Below are positions 1 through 8,000 of a stretch of DNA of 30,505 bases, piece after piece (the stretch's first letter is position 1; each line of letters begins with the position of its first letter). The notes under the pieces were generated by a model that searched no databases, had not been told where the DNA came from, and saw only the letters and a program-made list of their open reading frames with translations. The DNA lies in IMG/VR virus record IMGVR_UViG_3300012953_000132, positions 1-30,505 of that record; one strand, 5' to 3'. Source of the DNA: a virus (taxonomy: Duplodnaviria; Caudoviricetes). The translations under genes were made by a program, and so were the position numbers.

Positions 1-223
1 CACCATTTCCTCCACCGTTTCCACCATTACCATTGCCACCATTACCATTACCATTACCATTACCATTACCACCATGACCATTTCCATTTTTCTTTTTACC
101 ATTACTATCATCATCTTTTTCATGACGTAAATATCCACCATAACCAATGCGATAACCCTTTGGAATAGGTTTACATTTCTTATCAGTTTGACAATAATAG
201 TATCCAGATTTACACTTTTTCAT
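1..223 (-). CDS. Hypothetical protein downstream of gp16, 3'-truncated by window edge; Cys-rich N-terminus then Gly-Asn repeat
   Basis: Hand translation from ATG at 223-221: MKKCKSGYYYCQTDKKCKPIPKGYRIGYGGYLRHEKDDDSNGKKKNGNGHGGNGNGNGNGNGGNGNGGNGGGNG..., open to the edge (74 codons). It overlaps the gp16 end by 14 nt, and AAGGAGG lies at 245-239. Not in the ORF track. Confidence 0.88.
   Translation of the reverse strand, partial: MKKCKSGYYYCQTDKKCKPIPKGYRIGYGGYLRHEKDDDSNGKKKNGNGHGGNGNGNGNGNGGNGNGGNGGGNG
23..73. repeat. Coding hexamer microsatellite (ACCATT)n = (AATGGT)n encoding Asn-Gly
   Basis: Five perfect ACCATT copies at 38-67, flanked by degenerate copies; in frame in the ORF starting at 223. 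Confidence 0.95.
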
Positions 224-653
224 TCTTTGGATTCGATCCCTCCTTATTATTTAGAATTCCTTGTTTCAACATTTTTGATAATTCTGATGTTGACCCAACA
301 AATAGTGCATTATTTGTAACATTATTTGTAGTTTTATTATTATCTTCATCGACTTCTTTTACTTTTTTCTGTAAATCCATTAATTTATCAGTCGTATCTG
401 CTACAGATTTAATTAACTGTCCTGCAACTTCATATGCTCTAGGACTTGCAGTTTCACCAGCAACCTCCATTATACCATTAATTGCTTCTTGACCCTTTTC
501 TATTAAGGAATATAAATTACCTCTAGTATAATCATAATCTTTACCAATTTCATCAGGTTTCTTTACGTCCTTAGTTTTAACATGAGGATCAGGTGTTTTA
601 ACTATTTCAGACTTAATATTTAAAGCCTTGTCTATAGGATCATAATTAGTCAT
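210..653 (-). CDS. gp16: Terminase small subunit (T4 gp16-like)
   Basis: 147 aa. Motifs DYDYTRGNL, ASPRAYEVAGQLIK and LFVGSTSEL are typical of T4-type gp16; it directly follows gp15. Confidence 0.93.
   Translation of the reverse strand: MTNYDPIDKALNIKSEIVKTPDPHVKTKDVKKPDEIGKDYDYTRGNLYSLIEKGQEAINGIMEVAGETASPRAYEVAGQLIKSVADTTDKLMDLQKKVKEVDEDNNKTTNNVTNNALFVGSTSELSKMLKQGILNNKEGSNPKNEKV
248..255 (-). promoter_or_regulatory. Possible late promoter variant TCTAAATA within the gp16 3' end
   Basis: One mismatch to TATAAATA, 24 nt upstream of the ATG at 223. The spacing is similar to the other boxes in this window. Confidence 0.5.
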
Positions 654-1450
654 TAGATATCAGTTTGTCTAGTAGGACTATAAGATTTAGAATCTGAAAA
701 GAATGATGTTGATTCACTAAATCCAAAATCATCATCAGGTCCCGCATCAACAGGATCAGGTGTTACTGTATATCTTACCTCTCGTTTTGAATTTTTAGTA
801 TCTGTGTCAGCAGCATAATCAATTTGAACTTTCTTAATAAGACCCTCAGATGACTCTGCGACTGGACCGAATAGGTATGTTTTAGCAGTAAATCCTAGTG
901 TATAAATTAACGCACGTCTTGTTGAGAAATCACCTTCATAATCATCTTGAAAATTAATACTATCTAAAACTATTGGTATATCTCTTTTCTCTCCAATTGA
1001 TTTGACTAAATCAACTGTTAGATTAAATGATGGTTGAAAGTATGGTAAGATTTGCTCAACAATCTGTAAAGCATCATCATTCAATTTTGCAAGTATGTTT
1101 AATTCAAATCCAATATTATATGGAACAGGCATAAAAACTTTTTTTATATTATTCCCATCGGATGCTTTGAATGTTTGAGTAATTCCAGTTTTTCTTGAAG
1201 AATCATAACTAACATTATTCATCTCAAAAGACATTCTAGGTAAAGTGATACCAACAGGTTTATTTAAGTCTGCCTGTTGCTCTAATCTTGCAAGAAATTT
1301 TTGTGAAGGACCATATGCTAAAGGAACTTTTAATTCACTGTAAGTATTACCTGCACTATCATCGTGACGAATACTAATAGAATTAAAAAGTGTTCCAAAA
1401 GTAACAATTGTCTTTCTAATTATTTCGTGATAGTAATAAGTTCCTAACAT
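653..1450 (-). CDS. gp15: Tail sheath stabiliser / tail terminator (T4 gp15-like)
   Basis: 265 aa. Motifs YYYHEIIRK..FGTLFN, KVPLAYGP.QKFL, LPRMSFE, QIVEQILPYFQP and D.YEGDF..RR; synteny between gp14 and gp16. Confidence 0.95.
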   Translation of the reverse strand: MLGTYYYHEIIRKTIVTFGTLFNSISIRHDDSAGNTYSELKVPLAYGPSQKFLARLEQQADLNKPVGITLPRMSFEMNNVSYDSSRKTGITQTFKASDGNNIKKVFMPVPYNIGFELNILAKLNDDALQIVEQILPYFQPSFNLTVDLVKSIGEKRDIPIVLDSINFQDDYEGDFSTRRALIYTLGFTAKTYLFGPVAESSEGLIKKVQIDYAADTDTKNSKREVRYTVTPDPVDAGPDDDFGFSESTSFFSDSKSYSPTRQTDI

Positions 1451-2880
1451 TAAAATGTACCAAATGGGTTTCCTTCTGAGAAATCAATAATCGCATCTGC
1501 TTCTGTTTCGATTTCATCACCTTTATCATATTTATCAGCAAATTCTGCAGACTCGATGTAGTCAATAGTATATCTAGCAGAAGAAGCAGCTCCAGTAATT
1601 ACATCACCTGCTACAAACGTACCATTTGTAGTTCCTAGTTTTAGTGTATTTGTAGTTACATTCCAAGACTTGACTCTTGCTGTTGCACTTGAACGTGAAC
1701 CAGTAACAACTTCATTGAACTGGTAAGTACCAATACCTGTAATAACTGGTGGTGGAGTTACAGTTCCAATTGCAGTTCCTGTAGTATATCCAATACCAGC
1801 ATCCGAAATAAGTATGGATGTTACAAATCCTGCAGCATTTATATTTGCTCTTCCAATCGCAGTTCCGACTCCTGAAGTTGGTGTTGTAAATGTTAACGTT
1901 GGATTAATTGCATATCCACTACCACTTGATGCGATACTTACCGTTCCAATACCAGCAGAGGTAGTAACCAAATATGCAGTTGCTGCAGCACCCACACCAT
2001 AGGATGTAGATCCAACTCCAAGAACAGTTGATGCAGCACTTACAATAGTAACAGTTGGTGCGACTGTATATCCAGCACCAGGATTTGTGAGTAGTATTTC
2101 TTTAACAGAATTAACTCCATTGATTGATGTTGTTATTGCAACAGCAGTTGCATCTATTCCACCATTTGGTGCTGTTCCAATTGCAACATTTGGAGTTCTT
2201 GTATAATCATATCCATCTTCATTTAAGAAAATCTTACGAATATATCCAGATGTGGTTGTAAAACCTAGACTTGCAGTTGATCCAATTGATATCAGTTTAA
2301 GAGATGTAATGTATCCTTGATCTACTAGGGCATCATCAATTTCTTCAGTTGTATTGCTAAGTTGATCCCATCCACCCACTTCGTCTTCAAGTTCAAATAG
2401 TTCACATCTAAGTTCATAAACATAATTTTTACCTAACTGATAAAATGGTTTTTCATGTTCTACAAATTTAATCTCAAAAAGTCTACCACCTAATGGAAAA
2501 TATATTAAATCTCCTTCACTTGGTCTACTTGTTACTTCTATTACTCCCTCTGGTAAATTAACTAAAAATGGAGATATGAAATCTTCAAATCTTTCTTTAG
2601 ATATTGTAACTATCAATTCATCCTTTAAACTCATTCCAAATTTTGTCATAATATCACCAGCACCTCCATATCCCTCATATGTGTTTACATATGCTTCTAT
2701 TGCAAAATTATCTCTAAATGTTGATGATTCTACCTCTGTAAAAATATTATCTTTACTAACAATTCTACGAGGTAAATACATTACCTCTACACCATAAATT
2801 TTTAACTGTTCATTGATTAAATCTTGAACTAGTCTTTGTTCACTTTGTGATCCTTGTAGAAAAAAGGGATTTAATGCCAT
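1450..2880 (-). CDS. gp14: Neck protein (T4 gp14-like) with a large internal insertion
   Basis: 476 aa. N-terminal EQRLVQDLINE..YG..V.YLPR, RPSEGDLIYFP, LFEIKFVEHEKPFYQLGK and ELF match gp14. It ends with EADAIIDFSEGNPFG. Residues ~189-441 are Gly/Thr-rich repeats. Confidence 0.94.
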   Translation of the reverse strand: MALNPFFLQGSQSEQRLVQDLINEQLKIYGVEVMYLPRRIVSKDNIFTEVESSTFRDNFAIEAYVNTYEGYGGAGDIMTKFGMSLKDELIVTISKERFEDFISPFLVNLPEGVIEVTSRPSEGDLIYFPLGGRLFEIKFVEHEKPFYQLGKNYVYELRCELFELEDEVGGWDQLSNTTEEIDDALVDQGYITSLKLISIGSTASLGFTTTSGYIRKIFLNEDGYDYTRTPNVAIGTAPNGGIDATAVAITTSINGVNSVKEILLTNPGAGYTVAPTVTIVSAASTVLGVGSTSYGVGAAATAYLVTTSAGIGTVSIASSGSGYAINPTLTFTTPTSGVGTAIGRANINAAGFVTSILISDAGIGYTTGTAIGTVTPPPVITGIGTYQFNEVVTGSRSSATARVKSWNVTTNTLKLGTTNGTFVAGDVITGAASSARYTIDYIESAEFADKYDKGDEIETEADAIIDFSEGNPFGTF

Positions 2881-2886
2881 TATACA

Positions 2887-3732
2887 CTATCCTATAAAAT
2901 CAAGAGGTGGAAATTCATATTCTTTCATGATTCTTTCCCTCAATATATCCATCTCCTTTTCAGCATCATCGTATATTTGCCTTCCATTTAATTCCAATCC
3001 ACCTGGTAATTTTACACCCTGAAATTTAATTAAATTTTGTCCCCATTGCCTTTTTATAAGTGTAGTGAGGTATAATTTGACAAATGGATCATTATATATC
3101 TGCACAAATGAATCAGGATCTAAAGCACGATAGCAATCAAGAACAATGAATGTACCTTCGTCTTGTGCAGCCCAGTCAATATCAAGATATAATCTATCCT
3201 GTCTTTTGTTAAATCTTATTTGTTTATCTGTTGTTAATAAAAAATCTATATCTTCAAGATATGTTTTTGTCATTGAATATTGAAGAAGATTGATTGAATT
3301 GAAAAAATATAAATCATTTAAAAATAATTGATATTTAATACTAAACATTCCACCTGAAATTGAACTTGTATCAAATTTAAATATTTTTTCTACTCCAATT
3401 ACTGAATCTGGAACTTGAATAAAGTTGGATGTTTCATAAAAATTTGAAGTAACTGTTCCCAAACCACTTATATTTGTGGAAGTTCCTGTAGTAGTTACGA
3501 TTCCAACTCCAGAAGTTCCTGATGCCTTTCCTCTATCAATATCGTCCTGAGTAATTTTATATTTTAAATACATTCTTTCAACACCTTCATAATTTCTTTC
3601 TTGAAAATATTGAATAGTATCATCAACTAAATCATCCACTTGATCATCATCTACGTTTACTTCTAAAACTGGCGCACCTAATTTTCGGAAACAGTAGTCA
3701 ATAAGTCCTTGTCTAGTACTTGGTTTAGCCAT
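2887..3732 (-). CDS. gp13: Neck protein (T4 gp13-like)
   Basis: 281 aa. Motifs LIDYCFRKLGAPVLEVNV.DDQ, LIKRQWGQNLIKFQGVKLPGG..LNG..IY.DA and C-terminal PPLDFIG. Confidence 0.95.
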   Translation of the reverse strand: MAKPSTRQGLIDYCFRKLGAPVLEVNVDDDQVDDLVDDTIQYFQERNYEGVERMYLKYKITQDDIDRGKASGTSGVGIVTTTGTSTNISGLGTVTSNFYETSNFIQVPDSVIGVEKIFKFDTSSISGGMFSIKYQLFLNDLYFFNSINLLQYSMTKTYLEDIDFLLTTDKQIRFNKRQDRLYLDIDWAAQDEGTFIVLDCYRALDPDSFVQIYNDPFVKLYLTTLIKRQWGQNLIKFQGVKLPGGLELNGRQIYDDAEKEMDILRERIMKEYEFPPLDFIG

Positions 3733-4508
3733 TAAAATGCCCCTCCATCTATTAATCCAGCAGTAAGTGTACCATCAACGTTACATGTTCCATCTACAAA
3801 AATATTATTTGCAAATGTTGCAATTGCCCCAAAAGTTGCAATTCCAGCAGTAACAATCAACCCTCCAGTGTTAATTCTTATACCCGATCTTGCAGTAATA
3901 AGACCAACAGAATCAACATTGGTTACATCTTCGTATGTTAAAGTGCCACCGACACTTAAATTTCCCCCAATAGTTACATTAGTTGGAACATTTAAAGAAT
4001 TTACAGTAGCAATTCCTGTGATATTTAGAGAATTACCTGTTAAAGAATCAAGAACTATATCATCACCAACATACAAATCACCACCAACATATAAATCATT
4101 AGTGGTTGTTACTATTCCTGTTAGAGTTGATAATCCAGATACACTTAAACTCGATGCATTTAAAGCAGATACTGTAATATTTGGTGTCCCTGATAGACCT
4201 AAAGCAGTAGTTGCGGTGCTTGCTGTTCCAGTTACATTACCGATAAGATTACCAGTAACATTACCTGTCAAAGGTCCTATAAATGAAGCACTAGTTGTAA
4301 TACCAGTAACAACAAGATTATCTAATGATAATCCACCAGCTAAATCTAATCCTCCAGATAGAGTTGATATTCCAGATACACTTAATTGAGTAACTGATGC
4401 AATTCCACCAATTACGTTCTGAGCAGTGACAGCACTAACTGAACCACCACCAGCACTAGCTAAAATTTTAATTGCGTCTGATTGACCAACTCTTACTTTA
4501 ATAGGCAT
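3732..4508 (-). CDS. Putative fibre/whisker-like virion protein with beta-repeat shaft
   Basis: 258 aa, G/T/S/V/I/L-rich. Repeats LxVSG[IL]ST, (xxGN)n and LYVGGDLYVGDD, the motif LTYEDVTNVDSVGLITARSGI, and C-terminal IDGGAF. It sits immediately before gp13, where T4 has wac (fibritin). Function is inferred. Confidence 0.7.
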   Translation of the reverse strand: MPIKVRVGQSDAIKILASAGGGSVSAVTAQNVIGGIASVTQLSVSGISTLSGGLDLAGGLSLDNLVVTGITTSASFIGPLTGNVTGNLIGNVTGTASTATTALGLSGTPNITVSALNASSLSVSGLSTLTGIVTTTNDLYVGGDLYVGDDIVLDSLTGNSLNITGIATVNSLNVPTNVTIGGNLSVGGTLTYEDVTNVDSVGLITARSGIRINTGGLIVTAGIATFGAIATFANNIFVDGTCNVDGTLTAGLIDGGAF

Positions 4509-4849
4509 TATCGAGTCACTCCCTCCCTTAAGAGCACAGAACCCTCTACAACTCTTGTTTTTTCACTAGCCGCATTTGTGATGATAATATCATACACATA
4601 TCTACCTGGTTTGGGTACGGCTGATTGAGCAGCTGTTAAACTAAGTAAAATCTTTCCATTTGTAGAATCTGAAATAGTTGTTGTAAAATCATGTTTAGAA
4701 CTACTTCCAGCATGTTTTCTAAACTGAGATGTTACTGTAAACCCATCTAAGTTTAAAGCACCAGAATCGTCACTTTCAATTAAATCAAATTCTTGACTAA
4801 AAGTTGATCCTGCATTGATAATTAAATTTGATACATATACGGCTGACAT
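4508..4849 (-). CDS. Conserved small virion structural protein (Ig/BppU-N-like beta sandwich, inferred)
   Basis: 113 aa. Pattern NLIINAGSTF...LNLDGFT..SQFRKH...G.I.LSLT...GRYVYDI...RVVEG is common in myophage structural regions; a late promoter box lies upstream. Confidence 0.75.
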   Translation of the reverse strand: MSAVYVSNLIINAGSTFSQEFDLIESDDSGALNLDGFTVTSQFRKHAGSSSKHDFTTTISDSTNGKILLSLTAAQSAVPKPGRYVYDIIITNAASEKTRVVEGSVLLREGVTR

Positions 4850-4874
4850 CTATTTCAATAATATTTGCTAATTA

Positions 4875-4882
4875 TATTTATG
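4875..4882 (-). promoter_or_regulatory. Late promoter box CATAAATA (NATAAATA)
   Basis: Plus strand reads tatttatg. It lies 25 nt upstream of the ATG at 4849 and contains the TAA stop of the 68-aa ORF. Confidence 0.65.
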
Positions 4883-5084
4883 TCTTATTATTGCCCTCTA
4901 CTAAAATTTTAAGTAGTGACTTAATTTCATCAATATCATTTTTCATATTTTGAATTTCATCTTTTTGTCTATTTCGAGATTCTAAGGATTTTATATACTG
5001 AGTATATCCGTGATCATCACAATTAATAATTGCACCTGTTTTAGGATCTCTGTATAAATTTGGATGACCTTCTACCTTTATCAT
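4878..5084 (-). CDS. Small conserved hypothetical protein with C-terminal coiled coil
   Basis: 68 aa. MIKVEGHPNLYRDPKTGAIIN is followed by heptads (IQNMKNDIDEIKSLLKIL). ATGA overlap with the stop of the VrlC-like gene. Confidence 0.85.
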   Translation of the reverse strand: MIKVEGHPNLYRDPKTGAIINCDDHGYTQYIKSLESRNRQKDEIQNMKNDIDEIKSLLKILVEGNNKT

Positions 5085-8000
5085 TTTACAGCAATTGCTC
5101 TTAGTTCTTTAATTCTTGGTGGTTGAGCCTGATTTGTTCCCAACATCACTAACTTAATTGTAAATCCAGTAAATTCATCTAAATTATCAACAGTAAATTG
5201 ATATTCTCTAAACTCATTAGACCTACTTATCGGAACAAATGTATCTGATCTACCATCATTTTTAGATTGATCATCAACAACAAATCCATCTCCATCAACT
5301 TGAACTGTATTATTAAATCCAGGAAACAGATTGAATGATTGTTCAACTTCACTTGAGTCTGCTTTAACAAGACTATATAATACTCTAAAATCTGAGGATT
5401 CTGGTCTACAAGCACTCAATATTACTTTTAATGAAGTAGCAGGTTTGTTTAAAAATACAGTATTTGAAACATAAATTGATGCATGGGGGTCATCAATAAC
5501 AGAATTTACTCTATTATCTCCACTATATCTATCTTCTCCAATTGGATTATTCAATCTATTACTTATAAACTCAGTTTCAGATCCACTACTCAATCTAATA
5601 ATTGGTGATAAATTTTCATCACTTGAACTTAAATTCAGAATAGTTGTAAATGATTTTCCATTAGGTAAATTTTGTAAATATTGAGTTTCATTTATTTTTG
5701 AAGTAACTATTTTAACTGTATCTAATGAATTATATGTGTTCAATTGAACTGTTTGGAATCCATCATCTATAAATGAAGTTTCATTGCCAGCAACACTTGT
5801 TCCTGATACTGTTCTAATTGAGGCATCTATATTTGTTTTAGCACCATTGACTCCTGTAGGTGTCAGTATATCATATCTTGGAATTAAGGCACCATAGAGG
5901 ATGTTTTCAGATGCTCTGACGTTTGATCCTCCTACAAATGCCTCACTATTAAATGATAATTGTGGTTCTGTGGCACTATCTGCAGATCTATTTTTTCCGT
6001 TTGCAGTTCTATCAAAAGCAATATAGTAACTATCAAGATCTATTGGAGAACTTAATCCAAGAGTTGACGTATCTGGGACTTGAATTCTTCTCATTGAAAC
6101 ACCACCAAATTCATATTTTTTAACTACTGCATCAATTTGATGTTCGATTGGAACTGTATTATCAACGCCTCGTTGATTTCCAGATCCAGATGCAATATTT
6201 AAGACACCTGTTCCTACAGATTGGTATCCGATTATTTCATCTCCAATCTGCACATAACCAAGGTTTGTTGCACTTACAGGGATTCCTTCAAAATTAGTAA
6301 ATGGAGTAGTAGAACCTATACCAATTGTATTTGTTTCAGTTTTAGATAACACTGCAGTCAAAGTACTTGGAGCTACATCAGATTCTATTCCCTTAATCTT
6401 AACTTTATTTGTAGTGGAATACATACCATGATTAAAATGATTTACTTTAAATACATTTCCTGCATTAACTCCTGAAGTATTAAAGCTTCTTCTAGTAATT
6501 AAACCAGTTGATCCAAATGATACAACAGAATTACTATCATTAAAATATCTAAGTGGAACTGTGTTATCTGCTGTATATGAAGTATCGTCTGATTGAATAT
6601 CAGTTAGATATAAAGTGTCAATACCTAAAGTTTCTGTAATGGTAATTCTTGCATTCTCACCTTCTCCACCTTGTGCACCCACAGTTGAAGTTACGATACC
6701 AACCACATCTCCAACTTTATATCCAGTACCATTTACGACTGGAACTGCACTTACCAAAGCACCACCAGATGCCTGTATATTTAATGTCAATCCACTTCCT
6801 TCACCAATTACATTGAAAGTGCTAACATTAGTGTCTGTAGCATAATTAGTTCCTACAGTTGTAATACCAACAGCATTTACTGAACATCCAGTTCCTACAA
6901 CTACAGCAGTGCTTGTTGCACGACTACCACATATTTTTCTACCTGGTGAAAGAATATCTGCCACTCCATTGTTCAAAGTTGTAGTAATACCAATACTTCC
7001 TGTTTTTGGTAAAACTTGAATTGGATTATCATTTAATACTGGCATATATCCATTACTATCATTTAAATCTGGATTATTAAAGTATGCCGATCCTGATAAT
7101 GAAGTGAATTTAGCTTTATATAACTTAAATGTCATATCTTGTGTTTGATCTTCAGTCCAAAGAGACCCATTCTGAGATTTGAATATTGCACCTGCACCGT
7201 ATTGAGTACTGTATATCAATGATGCTCCAGAGTCTGCAGATTGTATTGAACTTGCATTAACAGCAATTCCACCATGTCTTGCTGTCCATACAGTATAAGC
7301 AGTGCTATTAGGTGCAACCAATACGAAAGAATATGTATTACCTGGTGCCAAATAAATTGGTTCTGGGAATGTAAACTTGGTTGGTTTGCTTGCAGTCTCA
7401 GCATCAGATTCAATTAATGTAATCTCATTTCCATTTGAGTCAACACCCTTTGGTCTTAAAGTTTTACTTTTTCCAACTAAAAATTTTGAAGGTCGAGCAT
7501 CACCAGTTACAGTTCTAATTTCACAACGGATTGGTGTGTTTGATACTACATCAACAGATGCAAAATATACTTCAACTGCAGTTATAAATGCACCATTTAG
7601 ATCTGTATTTGCCTCTTTAGCACTTGGTGCTAGAACGTTACCACCAACTGAGAATGTTTGTGCTAAAGGATCATCATCTTCTGCCTCTATATTAGCATTA
7701 ACTTGTGCATTAAACGATCCATTAACATTAATTGTAGTTGTATTGGTTATTAAAGTAATTGTATTTTGCCATTCTTCAATTGTACCAAAAGCAGAGTATT
7801 CTGTTTGTGCAGATATTACTCCAAATTTTAGTGAAGGGTCTACAATTTCATTTGTAGGACTTGTAGTTAATTTAAAATCCTTAACACCAGTTTGTACTTT
7901 TACAACAGGAGATGGTTGTGAATATGGATCTCTAAGATAAGAAGAACCTGTTACATCACCAAAGGCATCAGTAATCAACCTCAAATCTTTTACATATGCA

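Noticed and set aside
23-73. Tandem repeat as CRISPR array or terminal repeat
   Set aside because: It has a 6-bp unit with no spacers and is fully explained by in-frame Gly-Asn codons.
1529-1536. GATAAATA inside gp14 as a gp15 promoter
   Set aside because: It lies about 78 nt from the gp15 ATG, unlike the 17-25 nt spacing elsewhere. Such octamers are expected by chance in AT-rich coding DNA.
5227-7413. Alternative-frame minus-strand ORFs 5227-5415 and 7216-7413 inside the VrlC-like gene
   Set aside because: They are short, L/Q/M-rich off-frame reads with no promoter, RBS or slippery site that I can support.
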